NCBI GenBank assembly: GCA_031283185.1
Contig: JAITCH010000011.1
Span: 550 to 64,549, forward strand
Length of the DNA: 64,000 nt
Direction: 5' to 3'
Source: Rickettsiales bacterium
Lineage (GTDB): Bacteria; Pseudomonadota; Alphaproteobacteria; Rs-D84
Within the stretch, counting starts at the first letter, position 1; the number at the start of each line of letters is the position of its first letter. Under the pieces are notes generated by a model. The model did not search any database, was not told the DNA's origin, and saw only the letters and a program-made list of their open reading frames with translations. Below are positions 1 to 9,556 of this stretch, piece after piece. The translations under genes and the position numbers were made by a program.

Positions 1-468
1 TTTCTGTAATTCCGATGGCGGTTTAAAAATATTAACTGTTTTTTTCTTATATGGCTCAATTATATGATTATGAGCATGATGATTTCGTATGTCCGGAAAT
101 TCTGATAATCTTTGCCTAAACAAATCAAAATATCCCTTTTCTATTGAGCTTAATTTATTATATTCTTGTTCCAAAAATACAATCCCCAAAATACCCAACA
201 TACTTTCGAAACGATCTCTTCTAAAAGAATTCAAATCTTCAATCCTTTTTAATGCAATATTTTTACTGGAAACATCCGTAATTTTATCAGCAATTTCGAT
301 ATATATTTCATCCAAACTACATTCCAACCATCCAAAAAATTCGACACATGATAACTTAGATACTAAATTTAATATCGTATTATTTGTGCCAATGGCATCG
401 GCATATCGGGCGAATCTTGTATTCAACCCTTGCAAAACGGTATCGATATGAATTGAGGAGGGAATCAT
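1..468 (-). CDS. HEPN-domain putative RNase, 3' end runs off the window (not in the ORF track)
   Basis: ATG at 468 overlaps the DUF262 stop (TAATG). The frame is open to base 1 and reads MIPSSIHIDTVLQ...FPDIRNHHAHNH, with an Rx4H HEPN motif. Confidence 0.7.
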   Translation of the reverse strand, partial: MIPSSIHIDTVLQGLNTRFARYADAIGTNNTILNLVSKLSCVEFFGWLECSLDEIYIEIADKITDVSSKNIALKRIEDLNSFRRDRFESMLGILGIVFLEQEYNKLSSIEKGYFDLFRQRLSEFPDIRNHHAHNHIIEPYKKKTVNIFKPPSELQK

Positions 469-1550
469 TATGCGAATGTTTGGATTGCTTTATTTAGTCT
501 GTTCATAGTTTTGTCTTTGCCAAAAACTGCGTATTTAGTTGACTCGTCGCTAAATTCATTGGATCGCAAAATTATAGCAATTTTTTCATTCAAATCATTA
601 TCTGACTTATTTTGTATATTAGCTAAATTTTTTGCAAGCCCTATGAGTATTGCTTCTTTAATCGCCCAACTTTGACGTTCTCCAAATTCAAGACGCGTAG
701 CTATTTCTGTTGTACTGTCAAATAAAGTTTTTTTGGCACTTATGTCAATTAACGATAAATTTCGATTTGTCTTCATGTATTTGTCAAGAAATTTTGTCAT
801 AGCCCCTGTATATTGTTCATACGAATCAAAAAATGCAAAAAATCTTAATATTCGTTCTTCGTTCTTCATTCTATCTGGACTTCTTTGTTCTGTTGATATT
901 ATTGTTTTCCAGCTAGCAGAATCATTAAGCTCTTTTATCATATTATTAAAATGCCCTTGATATGCACAATTTCGAATCTCTTGCGGATATAGAGTCATAC
1001 TTCCTTGATTCAATCTTTGAAAAATTTTATATAAATATTCCATATTTGATTCGTTATTAAAATCGCCTCGAAGAACAGTTATCGGAATTGTAACATTTAT
1101 TATAGTAGAATATGGCGAAGCCTTTTTCCCATCCGGGATGTTTTCCAACTCAACTTTTGTTTTTCCGGCGATGTCTTCATGTATCTCTGGCAAATCCATA
1201 ATTCTAAAATTGTCATCAGACATAAATCGCAGGATGGTGCTGATTCTCTGTAATCCATCAATAACCATTCGCTCGCGCGTTTTATAATCATAGCTAAAAC
1301 ACAAGCTCGGGATTGGCAACTGACGATACAATGAATCTATAAATAAACTTTTGGTTTTGTCAGACCATACGATGTTGCGTTGAAAATCAGGATCGATTCT
1401 TAATGATCCATTATCCTTCATTAGTTTTATGTCTTGCAAAGAGCGTGGTTCTGTATAAGAAACCATGTCCTCTGGTGCGGCTTCGAATTTATCATTATAA
1501 TCTAAATCTTCATTCAAATTAATACATTCTAGATTTTGGTCTATGGGCAC
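468..1550 (-). CDS. DUF262 (ParB/Srx-like, GmrS-type) domain protein
   Basis: Motifs PDFQRNIVW, VIDGLQRISTI and IFQRLNQG. AAGGAG SD before the GTG start. AT-rich. Confidence 0.85.
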   Translation of the reverse strand: MPIDQNLECINLNEDLDYNDKFEAAPEDMVSYTEPRSLQDIKLMKDNGSLRIDPDFQRNIVWSDKTKSLFIDSLYRQLPIPSLCFSYDYKTRERMVIDGLQRISTILRFMSDDNFRIMDLPEIHEDIAGKTKVELENIPDGKKASPYSTIINVTIPITVLRGDFNNESNMEYLYKIFQRLNQGSMTLYPQEIRNCAYQGHFNNMIKELNDSASWKTIISTEQRSPDRMKNEERILRFFAFFDSYEQYTGAMTKFLDKYMKTNRNLSLIDISAKKTLFDSTTEIATRLEFGERQSWAIKEAILIGLAKNLANIQNKSDNDLNEKIAIILRSNEFSDESTKYAVFGKDKTMNRLNKAIQTFA

Positions 1551-1731
1551 TTTTTGCTCCTTTTCGTTATTTTTTTATTATATAGAAATAATTTTAAGAA
1601 TTCCATAAAAATTAAACTGCAAATTTTCTGTTTTTTATCAGATTTTTTTAAAGACAAGATTGTGTAAATCTCACTAATAAAATGATAAATTGCTGGCGAA
1701 TATTTCCTGCCCCACTAACACCTAATTTAAT

Positions 1732-1765
1732 AAAAATATCCTCAATCAAGGTTGAGATTTTTATT
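1732..1765 (-). terminator. Possible intrinsic terminator after ung
   Basis: Hairpin CTCAATC-AA-GGTTGAG flanked by A/T runs. Confidence 0.4.
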
Positions 1766-2430
1766 CACCAATCTATTGGTTGTTGGTTGTGATTGATTAA
1801 ATACTCGTTCGCCATAGAAAAATGTTTGCATCCGAAAAATCCCCTATGCGCCGACAGGGGCGAAGGATGAACCGCCTTTAACACCAAGTTCTCCGCCGGA
1901 TTTACCAACTCGGCTTTCTTTTGTGCATAACTTCCCCACAACAGATACACAATTCCGCTCCGCATCGCAAGCGCGCGGATAACCGCATCCGTGAACATTT
2001 CCCAGCCCTTGCCCGCGTGGCTCGCCGCCAAATGCGCCTGAACGGTCAGCGTAGAATTCAGCAGCAAAACTCCCTGCTTTGCCCAATCTGTCAAATCGCC
2101 AGATGTCGCAGACTTCCGCCCCATATCGCTTTCAATTTCCTTATAGATATTTTGCAAACTCGGCGGATACGCTACGCCGCTTTGCACCGAAAAGCACAAC
2201 CCGTGCGCCTGTCCGGGTCCGTGATACGGATCTTGTCCGATGATTACGACTTTCACTTTATCAAGCGGACACAGATCAAACGCATTAAAAATTTCTGCTG
2301 CGCGAGGGAAAATCATTTTGCCCGATTTATATTCTCCGCGGACAAAGTTAGTCAGGCTCGCAAAATACGACTTGTCAAACTCCGCGCCCAGAGCCCTCTT
2401 CCAAGATTCCTCTATTCTGACATCCGGCAT
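1765..2430 (-). CDS. ung: Uracil-DNA glycosylase (family 1)
   Basis: GQDPYH and HPSPLS motifs. Start placed at MPDVRIEESW. Confidence 0.95.
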   Translation of the reverse strand: MPDVRIEESWKRALGAEFDKSYFASLTNFVRGEYKSGKMIFPRAAEIFNAFDLCPLDKVKVVIIGQDPYHGPGQAHGLCFSVQSGVAYPPSLQNIYKEIESDMGRKSATSGDLTDWAKQGVLLLNSTLTVQAHLAASHAGKGWEMFTDAVIRALAMRSGIVYLLWGSYAQKKAELVNPAENLVLKAVHPSPLSAHRGFFGCKHFSMANEYLINHNQQPIDW

Positions 2431-3029
2431 TTTATCAATCCTATTTGCAATGATTTCCACAATACGACATCTATATATCCGCGGGGAAGACCCGTCTGCG
2501 CCACAAGGTGCGCGAACATTGCGTCCGCCCCGCCAGGGAATTCCGCGCCCAATCGCGTTATCCACAAATCGTATTTTACAACATCTTCGCCCAAGTTCCG
2601 CGCCAAATGATTTGCGGTTATTTTTCCTATGTGTGGCAGGGTTGCAATATATTCTAATTTATCGGACAGAGAGTTCTGCTTGTAATATCCGTCCCGAAAT
2701 GCGGTGCGGTTTTCCCAAATTTTTATAATCGCATTGATTTTATTTTTATTGTTGAAAATTTCAAGTAGCCGAGATTGCCCGGTCAAGCCGGGCAATGACT
2801 TATTAGATAGATAAGTCATAATCTCCGAATGTTTTCTCTTTGCTGTTTTTTGTGAAAAGCCGCCCGCCAACACCACATAGATTGCCTGTCTTGCAAATTC
2901 ATCCGCGCCAACCGGGGCGCGGCTTGCCAATCTTTCCTTTATAACAGAAAAGCTGTCTAGGTCAGACTCGTGTCCTCCCTTTGACAGCTCTTCTTCCAAT
3001 TCCCGAAACCATTCGGCCGAGAACTTCAT
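2412..3029 (-). CDS. HhH-GPD-like (DNA glycosylase fold) protein with an in-frame palindromic repeat insertion
   Basis: HhH motif LPHIGKITANHLARNLG followed by KYDLW. SLPGLTGQSR is encoded by repeat R1. Confidence 0.6.
   Translation of the reverse strand: MKFSAEWFRELEEELSKGGHESDLDSFSVIKERLASRAPVGADEFARQAIYVVLAGGFSQKTAKRKHSEIMTYLSNKSLPGLTGQSRLLEIFNNKNKINAIIKIWENRTAFRDGYYKQNSLSDKLEYIATLPHIGKITANHLARNLGEDVVKYDLWITRLGAEFPGGADAMFAHLVAQTGLPRGYIDVVLWKSLQIGLIKCRMSE
2771..2801 (-). repeat. REP-like palindrome family R1 inside a coding sequence
   Basis: Reverse complement of AAGTCATTGCCCGGCTTGACCGGGCAATCTC, matching intergenic copies at 6845, 29162 and 45877. Confidence 0.9.
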
Positions 3030-3319
3030 TATTTCTGTATCACGACATCCGCGCCATTACGGACAACTTTGAACATTGCGTTCTTGGACGCGCCGCGGGC
3101 AAGATCAGCCTCTATGACTTTGTCGCATTTTACTCCATCATAATAGACGCGGGTTATAACATCATTATAACTTGCAAAAGTGCTTAACAAATTTCCGCGT
3201 TCTTTATACTTTTCCACATATTCGCAGGAATTCTCATCATCTTGGGAATACTTTATATCAACCGTAGTATTACACGCCCCAAGCATCGCAACAGCCGCCA
3301 ACGCAATTAGTTTTTTCAT
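3029..3319 (-). CDS. Small lipoprotein
   Basis: MKKLIALAAVAMLGAC lipobox. Confidence 0.75.
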   Translation of the reverse strand: MKKLIALAAVAMLGACNTTVDIKYSQDDENSCEYVEKYKERGNLLSTFASYNDVITRVYYDGVKCDKVIEADLARGASKNAMFKVVRNGADVVIQK

Positions 3320-3382
3320 GGATTATCCCTCGCTTTATGTTAATATATAGCCATATATTAATAACCCATAGGAAAAAAGTCA

Positions 3383-4342
3383 ATGACCGAATACGAAAAA
3401 TTAGGCCTGTCCAACACGCGCGAAATGTTGAAAAAGGCAGAGACAGACGGCTATGCCGTTCCGGGATATAACTTTAATAATTTGGAACAACTCCAAGCCA
3501 TCATCCGCGCCTGCGCGGAAACCCAGTCGCCAGTTATATTACAAGTAAGCAAAGGCGCGCGGAATTATGTCGGCGGCAGTCTGCTGTCTGCTATGGCGCG
3601 CGGCGCAACCGAATATGCGCGGCAGATTGGGATGCGCGCGCCGATTGCATTACACCTTGACCACGGCGAGACATTTGAGATTTGCAAAGAATGCATTGAT
3701 GCAGGATTTTCAAGCGTTATGATTGACGGCTCTGCATTGCCGCTTGATGACAATATCGCGCTGACCCGGCGGGTAGTGGAATATGCCCATAAGTTTGATG
3801 TTTCGGTCGAAGGCGAACTCGGCGCGCTTGCCGGAATTGAAGACGATCATAGTGCGGAAAAATCGCATTATACAGATCCGAATGATGTGGCGCGATTTGT
3901 TCAAGAAACCGGCGTGGATAGTTTGGCAATATCGATTGGCACTTCGCACGGCGCGTATAAGTTCAAGTCGGAAACGGATGAACTTCGCCTGGACATATTG
4001 GATGAAGTCGCAGCGAAACTGCCGGGATTTCCATTGGTTCTGCACGGCGCGTCAAGCGTCCCGCAAAACTTGGTCGCGGAAATAAATCAATATGGCGGAA
4101 AATTGGCCGGCGCGCGCGGAATACCAGAGGCGCAATTACGGGCGGCAGTTGCGAAAAACATTTGCAAGATAAATGTGGATTCGGATTCGCGCCTGGCATT
4201 TACAGCTGGGGTGCGGAAGTTTTTAACTGAAAATCCGACTGCATTTGACCCGCGAAGTTATCTTGGCGCGGCACGCGATGCAATGACCGCACTTTATAAG
4301 GATAAAAATCTAAATGTCCTAAATTCCGCGAATAGATATTAA
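3383..4342 (+). CDS. fba: Class II fructose-bisphosphate aldolase
   Basis: HLDHG, SVMIDGS, GTSHGAYK and LVLHGAS motifs. Confidence 0.95.
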   Translation: MTEYEKLGLSNTREMLKKAETDGYAVPGYNFNNLEQLQAIIRACAETQSPVILQVSKGARNYVGGSLLSAMARGATEYARQIGMRAPIALHLDHGETFEICKECIDAGFSSVMIDGSALPLDDNIALTRRVVEYAHKFDVSVEGELGALAGIEDDHSAEKSHYTDPNDVARFVQETGVDSLAISIGTSHGAYKFKSETDELRLDILDEVAAKLPGFPLVLHGASSVPQNLVAEINQYGGKLAGARGIPEAQLRAAVAKNICKINVDSDSRLAFTAGVRKFLTENPTAFDPRSYLGAARDAMTALYKDKNLNVLNSANRY

Positions 4343-4354
4343 AAATATGATATT

Positions 4355-5089
4355 TTAATTTTTAATCTCTTCCCATTCGCACACAACATAAGCGTGCATA
4401 GATTCACCATTCGAAATCCGATGACGCGATTTTAATCCGCCGCGCGCCGTCTCAATTTTCAATCCATCAACTTCAATCGGAATCTCTTTCTTAAAGTTCA
4501 ACGAAATCCCGCGCAATCTATGCCCTGCCCTAAATTCCTTGCCCAACGCCTCGGTCGCCCAGACCGCATACACCGCATTATTAATATGTCTGTTTATATC
4601 ATAATCGTCATATCGCGGCACGACAACTTCTGAAAAATCCGGCGCGAAGTCCGGGAACTTTTCAAACGGAACATCCAATGCCCGCGTCCCGTCCAAATCA
4701 AATTTCGGCACTCTGCCCTCGAACGGAACCGGCCGCCTGGTCGCCATATCAATCATAACCCACTGCGAAGTTGCGCGCACCAAGACCTCGCCCGTTCCGG
4801 CATCCGTTATCAAAAAGTCGCGGGTCGTGCGGATTCCATCACGGGTGCTGGGCCAAGTTTCCAACACAATCTCGTCTCCGCCGGTCGGCATCCTGGGAAT
4901 ATCAACCGAATAAAAAAGCGCGACCCAGGCCAGACCAGACTCGCGGCAGAAACTATGCCCTACTCCCAACTTTTCCGCGTGCATATCGGCGTAAGTCTGC
5001 AATTCGTTCATCAACATCAAAGGACGCAACGATCCGACTGGATCCATCTGATACATAGATAATTTTTTCTGAATACGGAATCTTTCCAT
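4355..5089 (-). CDS. Acyl-ACP thioesterase (FatA/FatB family)
   Basis: Double hot-dog layout and D-x-N-x-H-x-NN motif (DYDINRHINNAVY). Confidence 0.85.
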   Translation of the reverse strand: MERFRIQKKLSMYQMDPVGSLRPLMLMNELQTYADMHAEKLGVGHSFCRESGLAWVALFYSVDIPRMPTGGDEIVLETWPSTRDGIRTTRDFLITDAGTGEVLVRATSQWVMIDMATRRPVPFEGRVPKFDLDGTRALDVPFEKFPDFAPDFSEVVVPRYDDYDINRHINNAVYAVWATEALGKEFRAGHRLRGISLNFKKEIPIEVDGLKIETARGGLKSRHRISNGESMHAYVVCEWEEIKN

Positions 5090-5091
5090 AA

Positions 5092-6399
5092 TTACCAACT
5101 TAGACTGCGGGTAGATGTGGATTTTTTAACATCGCCGAACATATCGCGCTCGGTCTGCTTTAACACCTTGAACTGGTCGGTTGATATACGGCGAAGCACA
5201 AAAGAACTATCATCGCGTTCCGACAGAACGGGCACGATTTTGCTTTCCTGCACGCCGGAATCCATAAGCACTTGATTGATTATTGCAAGTCTTCGCGCCG
5301 CCAATTTTTTCGCATCGGAATTTTTCACCGCATCTTCGGATACGGAAATCTGCACGGCGAATTTCGGATTATTTGCGATTCCGGCGGCATATTCAGAAAT
5401 CAAGTTGTAATTGTCTTTGGAAAGCGCGCTGTCCGCGTCCGCGAAACTTATGCGAACTTCCAAGGTTCTGGGCTGCGCGGAATTTGATGAAATATCGGCG
5501 TTGTTTCCGACAAAGCCTTCGGACACATCGATTTCCCAGTTGTCGGAACTCGCCATATCAAAGTCGTCATCCGCATATGTGGACAGATGCCGGTTTTCCG
5601 AAATGTAAGATTGATAAAACGCGCGTTTCAATTCCCGCGGAGAAAGTTTATTGATGGGCATAGCGTCTGGGTTTTTGGGCAAAAATTCAGGCCCACTCGC
5701 CACGCGAACTTTCGGCTTGGTGTCTAGAATTGCTTGTTCTACGGCCTTGGGATCCGGCGGTTCTGGAAGGACAATCGGAGCGGGCTCGTTCTGAACGATT
5801 TGTGTGGCGGCGGATCTGCCGCGCACCATTTTCCGTTGATTCTGCCGTTCGATCATTTTCGCAATCGCGTTATCAAGCTGCGCTTTCCGCGCATTTTGGG
5901 CATTCCGCGCAGCAACGGGAACATTCACGGGAAGAGGCGCAGGCTTGCGGATTGTGGCAGCTCGGGCGGGCGCGACGCGCGGTTCGCTGTTCACAAATAG
6001 TTGTTCTTCGGGAAGTTCATAGTCGTCTTCCAGACGCATAAATTCGCTTTGACGCGAAATGCGAATTGTGTCGGACGCGTTGCCGCGGTCGTTGACCCAA
6101 AGGTCAGAATTGGGACGCTTTGGAATTAAAACATCGCCGACTTTGGCAGATTGGGCGGAGGAGGATTTGGAGATAGTCGCAGGCTTTACAACTGCGCGAG
6201 CGACCACGGCGCGGGCGGGTTTAGGTTCAGAAACCGGGAGAGGTTCAGGCTTTGATACGGATGGTTTTTGGCCGAAAAGTTCACGAGCAGAGACGCTGCC
6301 CTTATCATAAGCGACTGCTGGAAGTTTGGCTGCGGCATTGACCATATTGAATGGCATAGTGATGAGTGCCGAAAAAATTAACGATATTTTTCCCTTCAT
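5092..6399 (-). CDS. Secreted protein with a Pro/Ala-rich linker and a degenerate OmpA-like C-terminal domain
   Basis: Signal peptide. C-terminal ISFADADSALS...KLAARRLAIINQVLMDSGV resembles OmpA_C. Confidence 0.55.
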   Translation of the reverse strand: MKGKISLIFSALITMPFNMVNAAAKLPAVAYDKGSVSARELFGQKPSVSKPEPLPVSEPKPARAVVARAVVKPATISKSSSAQSAKVGDVLIPKRPNSDLWVNDRGNASDTIRISRQSEFMRLEDDYELPEEQLFVNSEPRVAPARAATIRKPAPLPVNVPVAARNAQNARKAQLDNAIAKMIERQNQRKMVRGRSAATQIVQNEPAPIVLPEPPDPKAVEQAILDTKPKVRVASGPEFLPKNPDAMPINKLSPRELKRAFYQSYISENRHLSTYADDDFDMASSDNWEIDVSEGFVGNNADISSNSAQPRTLEVRISFADADSALSKDNYNLISEYAAGIANNPKFAVQISVSEDAVKNSDAKKLAARRLAIINQVLMDSGVQESKIVPVLSERDDSSFVLRRISTDQFKVLKQTERDMFGDVKKSTSTRSLSW

Positions 6400-6473
6400 A
6401 AGTGGATTTTACAAAAAATCAGCGAGGCGGGTCAATGGTAAAATATCGTCCGTGATTTGCCCCCTAATAAATA

Positions 6474-6508
6474 AAAGTCATCCCCCGGCTTGACCGGGGG
6501 ATCTCGGC
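6474..6508 (+). repeat. REP-like palindrome (R1 variant), left flank of the GIY-YIG gene
   Basis: GTCATCCCCCGGCTTGACCGGGGGATCTCGGC. Confidence 0.85.
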
Positions 6509-6518
6509 CACTTATACT
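6490..6518 (+). promoter_or_regulatory. Sigma70-like promoter of the GIY-YIG gene, with the -35 inside the repeat; leaderless
   Basis: TTGACC(6490)-17 nt-TATACT(6513)-6 nt-ATG. Confidence 0.65.
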
Positions 6519-6524
6519 GCCTTT

Positions 6525-6821
6525 ATGGATTACGAAGACAAAATTTTCTGCACCTATATAATGTCAAACAAAGTTAGCAGTGTCGTATATACTGGCGTTA
6601 CAAGTGATTTACCGCAACGCGCTTATGTCCATAAAAATCATTTGCTCCCGGGCTTTACTAATAAATATAATGCCGAAAAATTGGTTTGGTATGAAATTCA
6701 TGGCAGTATGGAAGCAGCCATTAAAAGGGAAAAACGAATTAAGAAATGGAATCGTGAGTGGAAAGAAAAATTGATAAATGAAATGAACCCGGATTGGCGG
6801 GATTTGAGAGAAGAGTTATAG
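6525..6821 (+). CDS. Stand-alone GIY-YIG endonuclease (UPF0213-like)
   Basis: CTYIM...YTGVTSDLPQR...H and AAIKREKRIKKWNREWK. Confidence 0.9.
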   Translation: MDYEDKIFCTYIMSNKVSSVVYTGVTSDLPQRAYVHKNHLLPGFTNKYNAEKLVWYEIHGSMEAAIKREKRIKKWNREWKEKLINEMNPDWRDLREEL

Positions 6822-6844
6822 GCAATCCCGACCAAAAAATATTA

Positions 6845-6980
6845 GTCATTGCCCGGCTTGACCGGGCAATCCCGGCCGATTATTCTGCTTATTTTGCCGA
6901 GATCCCCCGGTCTCCCGTTCCCACTGGCTACGCTTCGCTCGCCTGGTGGGACCCAACGGGTCGCCGGGGGATGACTTTAT
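6845..6980. repeat. Two R1 palindromes on the right flank of GIY-YIG; the second is inverted and has an expanded loop
   Basis: GTCATTGCCCGGCTTGACCGGGCAATCC at 6845 and GCCGAGATCCCCCGGTC-[~50 nt]-GCCGGGGGATGACTTT at 6896-6978. Confidence 0.85.
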
Positions 6981-6999
6981 TATTTTAAGTCGACGAAAA

Positions 7000-9424
7000 C
7001 TACATCCCTCTTCCCACACTTACTTGGTCGCCAAAGCCTGCAATCGGCATACCGGCGACTTTGCATTGCACAGATTCAAAGCCTTTGTCCACTTGCTTGG
7101 CCTTAACAAAATGATTGGTTAAAAAGCCACCAAGCGCGCCAACTACGACCATCGCTCCGCCGTCATATAAAAGTCGTTTGGTGTTGACCGATCCATCAGT
7201 CTTTTTCAACCACGATGCCTTGTCCAGTTGAAAAGCCGACAAGTCGGCCAGTTTGCTGTCGGTCGTTTCGGACTCTTCACTCTCTCCAATTAAAGGCACT
7301 CCTACTTGGCAGAACCCCCAAAGTTTTTGTTTTGACCAATCATCTGGGTCAAAATACAAAGCATTACTATTTGTTGAACTAATCCGATAGCCCTGTTCAA
7401 GCAACCTTTCACAATCATTGACATTTCTACATATATTATGCATAGCTTCCCTACATGCCGGATCCTTGCAAGAATCATTAACTTTCAAATCTTTAAAAAT
7501 ATCTAAATAATTCTTCACAATTTTTTTTCTAGCATTATCTTTTGTCGTACTTATATCATAATTAAACGCTAACTTTAGTTTGTTTGATATTAAGGTCAGC
7601 TTTTCAAAACATTCATTTTCAGTATCTTGCTTGCAAGTTTTGTTTATGTAGTCAGAGATTTCTTCTTTTGTATTTTTATTAGATCTAGTGATTTCTTCTA
7701 AAGATTTCAAAACTCCTGATTTATTGCAACAAGCCTGCGCCTCTTCATTATTTTCATCAAATAACTCCACTATCGATGAGGCGCAATTGTCTTTATTAAT
7801 CCTAACTTCTTTTTCCCTTTCTTCTTTTTTTATTATTTCTAATTCTTTATTAACAAGTGCTACAACTTTATCATTATTACCTCTTGCTTTGTCTAAATCT
7901 TTTATAAAAGAGTCTTTCGCACACATAACTGCTATTTGAGCTTTATTAATTCTGACTTCGTTTTCAAATGCTTTATTAAGATCTGCGTTGCATTTTTCAC
8001 CCGCATCGATTGCTTTTTTACAACCTGCTACTAACGGGATTTCTTTTTCTCTGTTGATTATTTTTTTTGCTGCCGTGCAATTATCATTTGAAATATCATA
8101 AAAATTACCAGCAGCGTCCTTAAACATACGGGTTCCGACTGGGACAAAATATTTATCGTTCGAAATGGACTGGTAAAAATTGTCGTCCTCGTTGTCTTTT
8201 TTATAGCAATAAGCATTTTTGGTTGCCAGTGATATGCTAGATTTTATATCTCTACTATTCATAAATTTATCACATTCAATTGGCTCTACCCCATATTCTG
8301 CCTCACAGACCGATTTTTTTTCAATAGCAACACACTTCTTCTCTGTCACGGGACATTTTATAACTTTCCTATCTGTTGATATAAGTGATGCGTCAATAGC
8401 AGAATTTAAATATTTTTTAGCAAAAACACAATCATCTTTGCTCTCCCAATCCAAGGGGATAAGATATTTGACGCCCGTGCTATCATTATAAGGAGTCGCT
8501 ATAATTTTCATTGATTCGATTTTTGTGGTAGGACTATTTTCATAGCAAAAAGTGTCCGTTCCTGTTATTTCTATTGCTTTTGCTTTAATGGTTTTGCAGT
8601 CCGATACGCTAATACATTTAGTGCCATCATCAAAAACATCTGTTTCGCCTAACCCACATTTTGCATTGCAGGCCTTTGCCTGAATTCCTTTATTTGATTT
8701 TACTTTTTCAAACTCTTCGCAAAAACCTTTTTTAGCAGAGTTGCCATCATTACTAATAAATTCCGTTTTGAGTTTTTTTACCTTAGAATAGGTAAAAGTA
8801 TAAATTTTTTCGTCTATTTCTAAAAAATATCCCTCCCTATTAACGATAGGCCTGTCTTTATCATCACAAAAATTACCCGACTTTATAGAATTAATGAACT
8901 CATCAAAGCAGTTTCCCTCGTTATTGCCCCCCCCCGAACTTATCTTTGCCGTCGAGTTGTCTAGATTTTGGGCAGGCGGGAGCACCAGTAGTGCTGAATG
9001 TGGGGCTTGATTCCCATCCGCCCTCGTCAAGGCAATTATAATAATTTGTGCTACCAGCAGGTATCGGCTGGCATTGATTCCCTGGCTGTCCTCTTTTATC
9101 TTTGGCATTCGTAGAAAAACTTAAATTTCTGTTTTGTTGATCTAAACCGCTTTTTGTCTCCCCTATTGATTTGAGGCTATCATTCAATTGGTCTTGCGTT
9201 ATACAACAGCGATATTTATCCTTATCAAAGATACATTTTTTCTTAAAATCATCGTCATCTTTGAAAAGCTCGGATCTGAGTTTTTTGGCTTGGTCTGAAT
9301 TGTTTGCTGTGGCAGCAAACCCATCAAAAATCGGGGTGGAAAAGGCAATCGCCGCAAGAAAAATCGTCCAATAAATCTTATTGGCGCGCGTATGATTGCG
9401 TATAGTTTTCTGCGGGTTTCCCAT
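7000..9424 (-). CDS. Cys-rich secreted/surface protein, paralogue 1, frameshifted at a G9 tract (likely phase-variable, OFF)
   Basis: The signal-peptide ORF 9424-8921 stops just after G9. The frame continuing to 7000 carries the conserved family C-terminus. G8 or G11 would fuse them (about 807 aa). Confidence 0.75.
8927..8935 (-). repeat. Homopolymer G9 at the frameshift
   Basis: Plus strand ttattg-CCCCCCCCC-gaact. Confidence 0.9.
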
Positions 9425-9430
9425 ACCTTA

Positions 9431-9459
9431 ATTATATCAGATTTTCCACCCCTTTGCAA
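9431..9459 (-). promoter_or_regulatory. Sigma70 extended -10 promoter, leaderless
   Basis: TTGCAA-17 nt-(TGa)TATAAT-6 nt-ATG(9424). Confidence 0.65.
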
Positions 9460-9483
9460 AATGTAAAATTGGTGGTGTGTGCG

Positions 9484-9525
9484 GGGATTTGCCCCCTGGC
9501 CTTTTGATTCGCCGGGACAAATCCC
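9484..9525 (+). repeat. REP-like palindrome family R4
   Basis: GGGATTTGCCCCCTGGCCTTTTGATTCGCCGGGACAAATCCC, with near-identical copies at 37995, 49839, 62556 and 27891 (inverted). Confidence 0.85.
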
Positions 9526-9556
9526 AAATCTTCTTCCAAAAATGGAACTTTTGGTC

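Noticed and set aside
2431..2565. N-terminal extension of Ung (similarly the track starts of ruvA, miaB, the RNase D-like gene and the putative REase)
   Set aside because: The extensions overlap upstream genes, promoters or repeats; downstream ATGs fit better.
8921..9108. 702-aa ORF starting at 9108 as an independent gene
   Set aside because: It has no signal peptide or promoter. Its first ~58 residues are the off-frame reading of the upstream half of a frameshifted gene.
7000..9424. Diversity-generating retroelement or shufflon acting on the Cys-rich family
   Set aside because: No reverse transcriptase, TR/VR pair, or invertible cassettes with an active recombinase in this window.
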